Source of the DNA: Octopus bimaculoides
Taxonomy: Eukaryota
Reading direction: 5' to 3'
DNA: 35,512 nucleotides
Assembly (NCBI RefSeq): GCF_001194135.2
Contig: NC_068987.1
Location: forward strand, 34,374,839-34,410,350
In this document: positions 22,957 through 34,602 of the stretch, piece after piece
Layout: each line of letters begins with the position of its first letter
Position numbering within the stretch: position 1 is the first letter of the stretch
Position numbers and translations under genes: made by a program
Notes under the pieces: model-generated
What the model was told of the DNA's origin: nothing
Seen by the model: only the letters and a program-made list of their open reading frames with translations
Database searches by the model: none

Positions 22957-24150
22957 TAGGTTTGTCCGGAAAGTTCATGCAGATTTTTGATCGTTCGTGT
23001 TCCAACACGTTAGAACACGTCAAATTTATCGACATATATAATATGCTTACATTTCTGGTTAGCGTACATTACCTCCTGAGTAAGAAAGTTCATGAAAATG
23101 GAAGTTTATAAGGATTATTTTAGACATTTGATACATTTTTATTACCGTAAAGGCAAAAATGCCTTGCAAGCAACAAAAGTATATGTGCCGTGTACGGTGA
23201 AGGTACTGGCAGAATGTATGGAAGTGGTTCGCTAGGTTTAGAGTGGGTGATTGTAGACTTAATGATGAGAAACTCTTAGGCAGATCCCCCACTCCAGATG
23301 AAGACCAAATCAAGAAGTTGACTGAGAATAATACGCATTACACAATGCGGGAATTTATCTAAATTTATCAAAATCCGCCGTCCATGAGCACTTACGGAAT
23401 CTTTGGTACACAAATCGCTACGATGTTTGGGTATCACATGATTTGAGTGAAAAGAATCTTTTGGATCGCATCTCTATCTGTGATTTTCTGTATAAATGCA
23501 ATGAAAATGCATTCGGTTGCAAGTGACGAGTGATGAGAAATGGATCTTATGCAACAATGTTCAGCGAAAAATATCCTAGGTTAAGCGACATGTGCTACAT
23601 TTAGCCGCCCCACAAGCCAGTCTTCATCATAAGAACGTCATGTTCTGCATCTGTTTAGATTGGAAACGAATCCTGTACTATGAGCTTCTGCCAAGTAACC
23701 AGTCAATTAATTCTGAGATGTACCGTTCGCAAATGGACGATTTAAAGGCAGCAATTCAAGAAAAATGTCCAGATTTGGGTACAAAAAAGGTATTTTTTCC
23801 ATCAGGTTTCTTTGGCGACATGTCAAAAATTGTTGCAGTTTGGCTAGGATTATTATCCCCTCCTCTATATTCACCAGACATTGATCTTTCTGATTTTCAT
23901 TTATTCAGATCCTCTCAAAATAATCTCAATGGTAAAATGTTTAATTCTTTGAAGGACATTAAAACATCACTTTTATGAGTGTTTTGCCAAAAAACATCGA
24001 CATTCTGGGGAGATAGAATCTTTAAGTTCAGGCAAGATGGAGAAAATTTGTGCAACAAAATGGTTCATATTTAGTTGAATATTTAATGGCATAATTTAGT
24101 TTTGTCCTAATTTCCCTTAAAAATTGGCATGAATTTTCCGGACAACCCAA
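22957..24150 (+). mobile_element. Mariner (Tc1/mariner, DD34D) DNA transposon with pseudogenised transposase
   Basis: TIRs taggtttgtccggaaagttcatgcagattt (22957) and aaattggcatgaattttccggacaacccaa (to 24150); right TA TSD at 24151-24152, left read as CA. Transposase motifs RHLIHFYYRKGKNA, KWFARFR, WVSHDL, ASDE*W, YYELLPSNQSINS, YSPDIDLSDFHLF. Confidence 0.95.
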
Positions 24151-24709
24151 TACTTAGCTATTTACATTTCTTCTCTTGTTGGTTTTTCACTCGTTGCCTC
24201 ATTGATCTGTACATCGGGATGCTAAATGTTCAGCTTAGGTCTGAGCAAAAGAAGACGCTCAGTACAATCACAATGTTATACATGAAAGCATCCAAGATAT
24301 GTCCACGGTGGTCAACCAATGATTGACTTTTTGTAGTCGAGTGAATGCGCAACTGGACCCTGATTTATGAAGTGCTCATATCCGCGTACTATTATATGGT
24401 GGCCATGCTAGCCATAATAACATCAAGTGCCATCTCTGGCCTCGTCTCTAAGGTGACACGTAGTGTCCATTAACTGGAAAACACGGTTTATCATGATGAC
24501 GTCAAGCATATGTAGGAACAGATACATGAGGCGAGTTGTGGTGAGCGCAATATGTTTCCCGTGAAAGCGAACTTGAAAAGCATTTGCATCAAACTCATCC
24601 ATTCATATTTGCTACACTGAGCTCTCATGCGCATCGCTCAGTCGATTGGCACTTGTAAGTATCTATCCCTCTGTTCTGTGATCGATCTTGGATCTTTTAT
24701 ACAACTTAC

Positions 24710-24755
24710 TTTTTCTCTATGGTCCCAAAATGAAGGCAACTTTGAAGCTGAAACA
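24710..24755 (-). CDS. Candidate 46-nt exon: (M)FQLQSCLHFGTIEK(K), phase 1 to 2, or (x)VSASKLPSFWDHREK, phase 2 to 0
   Basis: Strong acceptor atatcccttttattcttttaag; donor AAA|gtaagt. Confidence 0.33.
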
Positions 24756-25214
24756 CTTAAAAGAATAAAAGGGATATAATTTTTTTTGTTTTAGATTATA
24801 GTTTACACATGAAAAGAAACTTAGCTGTACATTCTTTGAGTGTTGTCACTTGGTTTTGTAAGTACAAATAGTTGCTTGTGCAAAGACCTGGCTATGACAA
24901 AAGTGGAGGCACAAGAGTAAGAATGTCGTAATTAATGTAACCCAGGATCGTAGGAGGCGGTGCTGAACAGTTTCTGGCTTTAAGTAAAAAGAAAGTACAG
25001 GAAGATCAGTCAATTTTGATTTTATTCAGCATATTCCGCTCTCAAATGTACACACTTACTGAAACGGTCTTTCAGTCTTTTTTAAGCCTTGTAAACGAGC
25101 TCCGAACGTTGAGCCTCGAGCTAGGTTTTTGCGACACCCTTATAGCCAGGAAATAAATTTAAGAAATTTCAGCTGTATCTAAATGTAAATATATGATAAT
25201 ATGTTTGCTTGCTT

Positions 25215-25314
25215 GTAAACACACACACGCACGCGCACACGCACACGCACACACACGCAAAGTCACACACGCACACACACTCACAAACACACACATAAAC
25301 ACACACACACACAT

Positions 25315-25355
<41 letters not shown>
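25215..25355. repeat. (CA)n/(CGCA)n microsatellite
   Basis: Directly visible. Confidence 0.95.
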
Positions 25356-25358
<3 letters not shown>

Positions 25359-25444
25359 GTCTTTCCGATGTATTTGATATTAATGTATTTAATATCATTT
25401 TTGTATTTCTCATATTTATACTATTATATTTTTTCACTGTTTTC

Positions 25445-25700
25445 GCTATCATCATCTCTGTCATCGATTTCGTCATCATTGTCGTTGTCGTCGTCGTAGT
25501 CGTCGTCGTCGTAGTCGTCGTCGTCGTAGTCATCATCATCATCATCGTCATTTTCAAAATATTTACTGCCGCCACCATATCATTTCCATCACCACTACCA
25601 CCATTTTCTTTTCCTTTACCGTCATAATCATCACCACCATCATTTTATTTACCGTTTTCATCATCATCGTTGTCATAATCTTCTTAATTATGATCACAAT
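25445..25700. repeat. (CAT)/(CGT)/(CAC) trinucleotide-derived low-complexity tract; an older similar tract lies at about 25990-26340
   Basis: Directly visible; explains ORFs 25159..25578, 25193..25627, 25956..26336 and 25989..26330. Confidence 0.9.
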
Positions 25701-27316
25701 CATGAAGTAATCTATATGTGTTCTGTCTCTTCATATAAATAATATTTATTGTAACAGTCAAATACAGATGAAGAATAGCTGTAGGTCTTTTTTTTTTTTT
25801 GTTACATGTATTTCTACCAATGTCATTATAATTAGTAGAACGTTATTTTAATAATATCATTTACTTCAGTTAATAAAATTTTCATGTTGCCTCATCGTAT
25901 TTTTTCATCTATTATTCATTTATTTCAATCTCTGATGTCCAGAATTTTCATTATTTTAATTAATACAACTTAGATAATTATCTTTGCCATGAATATGACC
26001 AGCAATATCAGCAAATATTTCACTGTCAGCGTTCTCGTCATTACCAATGATTTCATTAATGGCGTCAGAGTCATGATATGTAATCAAAATAAACTTGATC
26101 GTTACCAACAGCATAGTCAGCACAAGCATCGCAACTCCCATCAGCAACACATTCACGAGCAACTTTATATAGATTCTTCTCAAAAATGTCGTCATCCACA
26201 TCATCGTTCTCATTTTCATCGCTGTAGTTATCGTCATCGTTGTTACTGCCTTTCCCTTGTTCCTCCTCTTCCCGTCCTCAATATTATCGCCATTGCTTTC
26301 GTCAGGCACAGGAGCAGCAGCAACGGTTGATTTCAATGACTACTTTCTTTTAAATTTCTGAAAATCAGATATTCATTTAGCACCGTGGAAATTGTTTCAC
26401 CTCAATTTCTCATGTATTTGTATGCATTCGTTTTAATTCTATATTTGTCATGTATTCCTTTACTGGTTTTCGTAGCCTATTCACAGTCATATTTTTATAT
26501 CAAGTTTCGTAAATAGTCCACAATGAAACAATTTCTCCTAAACGAAAGCGGTCACATCCTCTTGCCAAATACACTAATATAATTATCGTACTGGCAAAAA
26601 ACATCTTGAGGCTTTCGCTCACCGAAAAATGAGAATTCATTTTTATTCGTTTTTGTTTAAATTTAGATAGGAATTATTTCATTTAATCATTTCCTCCAAG
26701 GAATAGTCTTCGACAGTGAATTGTTATAGTCTAGAATATAGAATAACATGCGAGTAGATAGTAATCACAATTTCAATCATAGGTTAACTTTTCATTCATA
26801 AATTTATCTTCAGGTGTCTAAAACATATTGTGTTTGTATGATATAGATATTTGTAAGTACCCCCAGAAATACGATAACATAGTTTATAATTGTAACAGTT
26901 GCAAGAAAGCAGTGTGTCTGGCGCGGGCTAAACCTGTTTTACTATTATGTCTAAGCAGTAACATTCAGTAAGTGTGAACACATGTAAAGGATCCGATACT
27001 GATAACAAGGTAACAGCATAACTGAAGTTGCACGCTAAATTTTTGTGAGAACATTGCTTCTACTAAAAGCTTTCAAACCCTGGGAGATGCTGCTAAAATG
27101 TGTTATAGGTTACATTTTTCAAGAAAATGACAGATTTCGTGACTTCAAACAAGTTACCCCAATCGAATATTCTAAAGCATTCTGTACTACAGTCTAGTTA
27201 TTTTTTCTAATCTGTTACAGTTGTGACTCTAGAATGTAAGTTGACAAAGATGCATCGGAATAAATACCATAAGTTATTTCGATCATCTTTGCATACTTTA
27301 TTATTTCATAGCTTAT

Positions 27317-27513
27317 AAGCAGGCAATCTGGCTGAATTGTTAGCTGGTTGGGCAGAATATTTATCGACATTTCGTTCGCCTTTACATTCTGACTACAAAT
27401 TTCGCCGTGGTCGACTTTGCCTTCATCCTTTCGGAGCCAATAAAATACATACTAGTTAAGCACTTGGATTGTTGTCATCAACTAGCCCCATGCCACTTAA
27501 TTTAATGTCTTGT
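27317..27513 (+). mobile_element. tRNA-derived Octopus-type SINE, diverged copy
   Basis: Homologous to 28642-28858 (ctggc.gaat.gttagc...aaatt.cgcc..ggtcgactttgcctt.catcctttcgg). Confidence 0.8.
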
Positions 27514-27682
27514 ATATTTCTATAGTAGAAATAATTATTTTATAGTTCAACTTAAAAGTCTTTGAACAATGTTTCTTCTTTGATTCTGAAAACATTTCTT
27601 TGATATCTAACTTTGTAATTTTTCTTTAATAAATAAGAAAGGCTTTAATGTCATAGCAATGAACTTTAACGAACACTTTAAC

Positions 27683-27851
27683 AGTGATTTCAAATTTTGG
27701 CACAAGGCCATTAATTTTGGAGAACGGAGTGTGTCGATTTCATGAGTAAAAACACGGTCTACCTCGGAGAAATTTGAATTCAGAATTCAAAACAGACTAA
27801 ATACCGCGAAACATGTTGCCAGTGGTGCTGACGTGCCTGCCAACTCACCGC
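27683..27851 (-). mobile_element. Same SINE family, minus strand, internally deleted
   Basis: Reverse complement of the head (acctcggagaaatttgaattcagaa...aaataccgcgaaacat...ctgccaactcaccgc) and of the tail (aaattttggcacaaggcca). Confidence 0.8.
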
Positions 27852-28641
27852 TCTAACGAACCCCTTAGTGTTAGACTAACGAGTTACAGGCTAGAATTCA
27901 AAGTAATCAAGTGTCCATCTCTGTGAATAGCAGTAGCAGCCCAACTTAGTGATGATATATTTTATGTATAGTGGTTTACATATGTTGACCCTTATTGCTA
28001 GAAACCGGTAAAATATTTCCTATTCCATATTGTTTAATGATGAAATATACATTATTTAATATAAGTTTCGGCACACAGAGGAAATAAGAGCCAAGTGTTC
28101 CTAAGCCCCACGCTAAACATACCATGAACAATGCCGTTCTATATATACCAACGTAGGGATAATTTATTTACTCATGCATTTCAAAATTATGAGCCTGATC
28201 TTCATCCCTATGTTGGAAACATTTGAAATATTCAAAGCAGAAAAATATTAATTGTCGATATCAATCATAAACACACGTGAGGTAAAAAAAAATAACAAAA
28301 CAAAATAATCGAAACGTAATTATAATTATTAAATCTATTTATAAATTGCTTCATTGATTTCCCAGATCACAAATGTTAATCTGAGGAGAGTAATTATAAG
28401 CCGCTGACTATCTCCAGTTCTTTTCCTCCTCGTGTTTCTATAACCCAAATTTCTCTCTCTCTCTCTATCTCTGTCTATTTATCTATACATTTATTTGTCT
28501 ATTTATCTATCTGTATATATGTCTGTCTCTGACAGAGCTAAAATCTATATACAATCCTCAGAGTATGCATAGATTGACTCCATTCGTATCAGCTTATCAA
28601 TCAGAAAACTTTCATTTACTCAACCAATATTTTTTCCAACA

Positions 28642-28858
28642 GGGCGGCGAACTGGCAGAATCGTTAGCACGGCGGGCGAAATGCTTAGCGGTATTTCGTC
28701 TGCCGTTACGTTCTGAGTTCAAATTCCGCCGAGGTCGACTTAGTCTTTCATCCTTTGGGAGTCGATTTGATAAGTATCAGTTACGCACTGGGGCCGATGT
28801 AATCGACTTAATCCCTGTGTCGGTCCTTGTTTAGTCTCGCGTGGGCAATAAAGAAATA
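28642..28858 (+). mobile_element. Near full-length tRNA-derived SINE with target-site duplication
   Basis: Box A-like TGGCAGAATCG, Box B GTTCAAATTCC, A-rich tail gcaataaagaaata; TSD AATATTTTT(T)CCAACA at 28626-28641 and 28859-28873. Confidence 0.92.
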
Positions 28859-28899
28859 AATATTTTTCCAACATCAAGATCACCCACATCTCGCCTTAG

Positions 28900-29700
28900 C
28901 CCCTTTAAAATCATCACCTATGTTAACATCAACACGGACAAATTTTCATGACGCTCATACTGATCTCGTATGCAATCCACCTGTAGAGTAATCGCGATTC
29001 TCAAAATTATCTAATCAGTTACTTTTATGAATTACATTGATCTATAACAGATATTCCATCACGCCAAAGACGCACCATCTCCGATTTAACTTTAAACTTA
29101 ACAAAGCCACTGCATCTCTTCTTATAATAGGTCCACCCATAACCAGGGATTTTATTTCAAAATCCAGCTTGTTTACATTATAGTCGTGGCCTTGCTGACA
29201 ATTATGGTGTGAAATTGCCCACTCTTACAAAAATAACACTTTTACCTAGGTTATCACAGTTACTTTTCTTCCTTTCCTGACAAACAATAGGGCTTTCTTA
29301 ACACCATATTTACTGGGATATAGTCTTCATATCAGTAGCAATGAAATTCACTTCTTCAAGAAATGTGTGTGTATTTATCCTTTCTCTTGACATGAATTCT
29401 CTTAGTAAGCAATTCCATTAAAGATTTCATTAGATCCTCTTGAAGCTCGGTAGCTTCTGATCAGATTAAAATATTGAGATATGTGCTCATGGAAATTATT
29501 CTAATTTAATTTTCCCCTTTAAACCACCAAGTTTCCCTTACAAGTTCATCCACTTCTATACTGACGATATCGATATTTATTCTTCCCAACACACTTTGAA
29601 CCAAAAATACATTCATGTGCAAGGGAGAACATTTAATCCAAATCTGCACTGATTCAATGAAAACATTACAGAACATCCTTTAATGAGGAATCTTTATGGA
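28900..29700 (+). mobile_element. Highly decayed LINE RT fragment, CR1/L2-like
   Basis: Scattered plus-strand motifs PFLTNNR, VFILSLDMN and HFYTDDIDIYSS resemble SFL.NR...LF.L.INDL...H.YADD.T.Y.S. Alignment is weak and by eye. Confidence 0.4.
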
Positions 29701-30915
29701 ATCCCTTTTATCAACGTGAATAGAACACCTGTAGATGACCCGACTTCGCTACAAATTTTGTAAATTGTGGCTGAGCTTAATCCGGTAAATTTAAGATTAA
29801 AAACATTCACTAAGGTCGTGAACATCTGGATATGTACGATGTTCCATGAAAATACTTGAGGTTGCCTCATGTTACATATTGAAAAGTTTGTTTAAGTTAT
29901 GAAGAACACAAGCTTCATGTGAAAATGATGATAGTCTAAGTGTTGAGTCTAAATTCAGAGTCCTGGAATTTGAGCGCCTGCTTTTCTTTCTAGCAAATAT
30001 ATTGATAAAGAATGAAAGTGTGGAAGAAAAATAGTCGATGCCGACAGCTGCCCTTTGTTAAGATATAAGAATTAGGAGAAATGAAGGGTAAGAAAATGAA
30101 TTCTAGTATTCAAAGTGGAAACGTGTTGGTATTTTAGAAAGGACGTGAATAGAATTGAGTTGCTAGTTTCTAGGGGAAGAAAAGAAATAAATTTGGATAT
30201 GGTTTTGAATGATGCATAAGTATGTCCTTGTATGTAAATGTAAGTAGGGAATGGAGGCTGTTAGAAATGATGTACTCACATGTTTCTCCTTGCGTATATG
30301 TTTGTATCTGTGTATATGAGTGTAAACGTATATATGTTTGCGTGTTGATATGTCTAAGTGTGCTATAGTCTGTATGTATATTGTGTGCATAAATGGTATG
30401 AATACTGAGTGAGTTTTGAGACATGCGTCGAATGTGTTGACATAGATGTGAGCATAAGCAAGGTAGAGGAAGATGAAGTGTATATGTGTGTATATCTGTG
30501 CATGTTTGAGAGAGGGAGAGAGCGAATGACCGGAGAAGGTGATTTAGCGCAAGAAAACTCTTTTACTGTTAACCGAATACGTAGCCGAACTTTTGCGGAC
30601 GCATAACATTTTTATTATTGATTCTACTTCTCTACATTTTTGTTTCGGGGCCTAGTTTGAAAGCAAAATAGCACTACGTTGGTTACAACGAATAATGTTG
30701 TAGTGGTTCCGGTCAACGGAACAGCCTGCTCGTGAAAAAAACGTGCAAGTGACTGTGCGTTACAGAGATATATGTATACATTGCTTTCAAGGAGATTAAA
30801 AGTCAACCAGAATGTGATAAGTCAGATCCATTGAATAATAGTTATGACAAAATTTGCAATTATCTTTTAGCAAGTAAAGATTTTATTTGTTGAATGTGAC
30901 GAATCGAAAACTCAC

Positions 30916-31023
30916 TCTGAGTTAGGAGACGTTCGAGAAAATCAGCTGGATTTGCCTCAAACAATGGCAGATTTTTCTGTAATTTGGTCAGCCTGGTGTC
31001 TCTTCGCACTCTTATCCATAAAG
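30916..31023 (-). CDS. Candidate 108-nt exon (S)LWIRVRRDTRLTKLQKNLPLFEANPADFLERLLTQ, phase 1 to 1
   Basis: Acceptor tattattgttatttattaaag; donor AGA|gtgagt; only one frame open; joined in phase to 31093-31147 by a 69-nt GT-AG intron that contains an in-frame stop. Confidence 0.42.
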
Positions 31024-31092
31024 CTTTAATAAATAACAATAATATACATTAACGCATTTATGTAATCAAAGTTGTATAAATGCAACATTTAC

Positions 31093-31147
31093 AAGGCGCT
31101 TTGCCAACAAGTAAAACTAAAGGAAAATAAGCGTCATGCCAACCAAA
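31093..31147 (-). CDS. Candidate 55-nt exon FGWHDAYFPLVLLVGKAP, phase 0 to 1
   Basis: Strong acceptor ttgttattttgtctgtgtctccactgcag after about 95 nt without AG; donor CTT|gtaaat; the other two frames are closed. Confidence 0.42.
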
Positions 31148-31705
31148 CTGCAGTGGAGACACAGACAAAATAACAATGTGCAGTAGAGTTGTAAGTTTCA
31201 AAGACAGTGGCGGTTTGGTGGGAGAGGTGGAAGAAGAGAAATACACTTGTTCAATTCAAACAAAACATAAGATACTTCACATTTGCATTGAAACTCAAAC
31301 TGCATGATTAGCTTCATTACTCATAACTATGCTGGCAGATACATCAGTAGCAAAGCTTCAGATTGTAATGTCCGACGCCTCACAAATCAACATGCGCAAG
31401 TACGTTGTAGATTGCTGAGTACACATTCCAAACCGTCGTCTCTTTGGAGCCCGTGAAACACATTTTATGGCCCAGGTAATACATATCTAAAACGTAACTA
31501 CGATAGTTTTCTCAGTGCTAACTCCCCTGGATGACATAAAGAAGGTTTAACAAAGATTGTCTCAACCAAGAGTATGATTGGATAAAATGTACCGATAATG
31601 ACTGATGAGGAGGATCTGTTTTTTAAGAGCGTGTTACTAACCACTAATATCACTTCGAATATGCCATAAGTGTATACTAGAATTACTAATATTAAATTAA
31701 ACATG

Positions 31706-31921
31706 TATGGCAGAGAGACGTCAGAATCGTTAGCATATCTGGTAAAATGTCTAGTAGCATTTTACCTATCTTTAGGTTCTGATTTCAAATGCCAACGGGG
31801 TCGACTTGACCTTTCCTTCTCCCGGGGTTGATCAACTAAATGCAAGTTCAATAATGGGGCCGGTCTAATTGACTTAACCCCTCTTCCGAAATTGTTGACA
31901 TTGTACCAACATTTGAAACCA
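31706..31921 (+). mobile_element. Older copy of the same tRNA-derived SINE family
   Basis: cagaatcgttagca...gttctgatttcaaatgcc...ggggtcgact...gacttaacccct...gaaattg...ttgtaccaacatttgaaacc. Confidence 0.8.
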
Positions 31922-32072
31922 AAGTAGGATTAAATATAAACGTATCTCGATAAGCCGGACAAATTTTTGACAGCACTCGGAAACGTAGCGTCGATAAACA
32001 TTATTAAATATGTACACAAAACACACATTGAAATATGTTCCTGGTATAACGGCATAAGAATTATTGATTTCA

Positions 32073-32232
32073 NNNNNNNNNNNNNNNNNNNNNNNNNNNN
32101 NNNNNNNNNNNNNNNNNNNNNNNNNNNNNNNNNNNNNNNNNNNNNNNNNNNNNNNNNNNNNNNNNNNNNNNNNNNNNNNNNNNNNNNNNNNNNNNNNNNN
32201 NNNNNNNNNNNNNNNNNNNNNNNNNNNNNNNN
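32073..32232. other. Assembly gap
   Basis: N run. Confidence 0.99.
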
Positions 32233-32515
32233 GCTGTCGTAGGATCGCGGTTTCGATTCCCAGACCGGGCGTTGTCAGTGTTTATTGAGCGAAAACATCT
32301 AGAGGTCTACGAGGCTCCGGCAGGTGCTGGCGAACCCTGCTGTACGCTTTCACCACAACTATCTCTCACTCTCTCTCTTCCTGTTTGCGTTGTACCTGAA
32401 TTTCAAACGGACAGCCTTGTCACACTCTGTGTCACGCTTAATCTCCCCGAGAACTACGTTAAGGGTATACATGTCTGTATTTACAAAAAAAAAAAACAGA
32501 TGAAACAAGATCGAC
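32233..32515 (+). mobile_element. tRNA-derived SINE of a second family; 5' end lost in the gap; A-rich tail
   Basis: Box B-like ggtttcgattcc, GC-rich body, tail ttacaaaaaaaaaaaac. Resembles a recalled Octopus SINE. Confidence 0.75.
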
Positions 32516-33711
32516 CACAAACAGTAACAACTCGGTACGTCTCATGTATCTATTCGAATTATATGCTAGAAATAGCCTATACAATTAGTGACATATTGCA
32601 TAATATAGGACCGAATAACTTACACTAGAAGAAAAAAATGATTGGAAACGAAGATTGTCCAAAGGTTATTTCGATCTAGAATCTATTTGCAATAGATCCA
32701 CCCAATGAAGTATGATAGGAGTGTAAACATTAATGGACATCACCAAAACAGTAAAAGAAATACTGCTTGAAAAGCTGATTACTATACAGAGAAAACTTGT
32801 TTCTTGACAAACTTATGGACAGTTATTATAAACAACTGTTAAGTGAAATATCCAAATCTACTTTGTATTAGATGCATTCAAATTAACTCATTCGAAAACT
32901 CTACACTATAAAGCCTGCTTTAATCTAAAGGCATAGAGAACCTAATTTGATTGATTATAAAAATACATTACTACACTACGATACACACTCTTCTGTACAG
33001 AAATAATTCAAATTATGAATGTGTCTACGCTCTATTAATCAGTATAATTCGTTATTCGTTCACTTTAAAGTTTATTACAGGCCGGTGAATAAAAGACGAC
33101 TCAACGTGTTAGATTTATCAGATTGAAGCTCCGGTATAAATCATGAATCATGTCTAGAATAAGCAACTCTTTACATCATACAATTCATAGAAATACTCAG
33201 TGATAACTGTCATTAAATTCGTATAAAACGATTAATTCAGAGTCATGTTTAGAGACAGCCTCAATCCATTTAATTTGGAGGTATTCGTTTCTTTCTACAC
33301 GATCCGTTGTAGGTTACTGGTATTTATAGTAAGACGTCCCGAGGATCTGTAATATACAGCACGATATGATGAAGCAGTAAGTTGCAGAAAGTTTATAGAT
33401 GCACAAGAAGTGTATAGCGCATTAAATATACACGCACTTTATTTATATGGATCTATTGTGATTCCGGAAAAAAGATGCTTATTCTCCTTAACAGATGCAC
33501 GCATATGTTCAAATGCATTCATGCATAAATACACATATATATGCATGCACACATACATGCAGATATATGCATTCATTCGAACATATGCACACTCACATTC
33601 ATATGTAACTACATACATGTAAAGCAATTATATTATATAGTCTATATTTAAAATACATGCATTCCAATTTTTCATTGCATCTATGTACACATTTTAAAAT
33701 CGACGTGGTAA

Positions 33712-33738
33712 CACACTCACTCACACACACACACACAT

Positions 33739-33783
<45 letters not shown>

Positions 33784-33790
33784 CACATCT
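33712..33790. repeat. (CA)n(TA)n microsatellite
   Basis: Directly visible. Confidence 0.95.
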
Positions 33791-33998
33791 ATGTAAGTAT
33801 ATACGTATGTGAAATTGTTAGCACTTGCATCTGTCTAAATTTCTATCAATGCACGTATTATATAATTTACAACCTGTCACCTAAATCTATTTGGCTTCCT
33901 CGCAGAACGAAATTCCAATTCGATATACAATCATATTGACACTCCATGTGAACTAAGTAAATTAATTGAACTTATCTTTCTCCCGCTCTCACTTTGTG

Positions 33999-33999
33999 G

Positions 34000-34050
<51 letters not shown>

Positions 34051-34260
34051 GATCTATCTATCTATCTAGTTATCTATCTATCTGTCTATCTCTNNNNNNN
34101 NNNNNNNNNNNNNNNNNNNNNNNNNNNNNNNNNNNNNNNNNNNNNNNNNNNNNNNNNNNNNNNNNNNNNNNNNNNNNNNNNNNNNNNNNNNNNNNNNNNN
34201 NNNNNNNNNNNNNNNTATATTTGTGTATGTGTGTGTGTGAGTATGTATGTGTGTGTATGC
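33999..34260. repeat. (TATC)n, N gap (34094-34214), (TG)n
   Basis: Directly visible. Confidence 0.97.
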
Positions 34261-34537
34261 ACATATGCCTATGTAATATGAAATATAAAATATAATATAA
34301 TATATATATATATATATATATACCAGGAAAGAGTGATATGTGTGTGTATGTAGGAGTGCATTTGTGTGTGTATGTGTGTGTGTGCGCGCGCGTATAACCT
34401 ACGTTTAACACAATTCATCTATACAATTATTCTATTCATTTCACGTTTTTGATTTCGCCTTCACTCGTGGATCAAATTCCATTGTCTTGATTGAAATATA
34501 TCCACATTATAAAATTTAAGTATTTTGATTGGTGTAC

Positions 34538-34602
34538 CTTATTCTCTTGTCGAACAATTGAATCAACTGTTTGCCTTGAAAATTCTCGCCCATTTCTCGT
34601 CT
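34538..34602 (-). CDS. Candidate 65-nt exon (E)TRNGREFSRQTVDSIVRQENK, phase 1 to 0
   Basis: Acceptor gctaataaatttgattag (moderate); donor AAG|gtacac; phase-compatible with 31147. Confidence 0.22.

Noticed and set aside
24230-24660. GC-richer block after the mariner, with a CTT|gtaagt donor
   Set aside because: There is no good acceptor for its open frame and no convincing LINE motif. It is probably an old repeat fragment, left unassigned.
25159-26336. ORFs rich in Val/Thr/His/Met/Asp
   Set aside because: They derive from (CA)n and (CAT)/(CGT) repeats and have no domain-like content.
27221-27235. Plus-strand 15-nt microexon-like site (tctaatctgttacag|TTGTGACTCTAGAAT|gtaagt); similar sites at 26846-26851 and near 33330
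   Set aside because: They cannot be linked to other plus-strand exons. GTAAGT with a nearby T-rich AG is expected several times by chance in 35 kb of AT-rich DNA. They show the pseudo-exon background that limits confidence in my exon calls.
30582-30656. Minus-strand exon-like segment APKQKCREVESIIKMLCVRKSSA with a strong acceptor
   Set aside because: It starts in phase 0, which does not fit the preceding candidate (ends in phase 1), and its donor is weak.
31329-31475. Plus frame MLADTSVAK...VVDC*VHIPNRRLFGARETHFMAQ with an in-frame TGA after Cys (selenoprotein idea)
   Set aside because: No SECIS-like element or selenoprotein family motif was recognised, and a single TGA is unremarkable.
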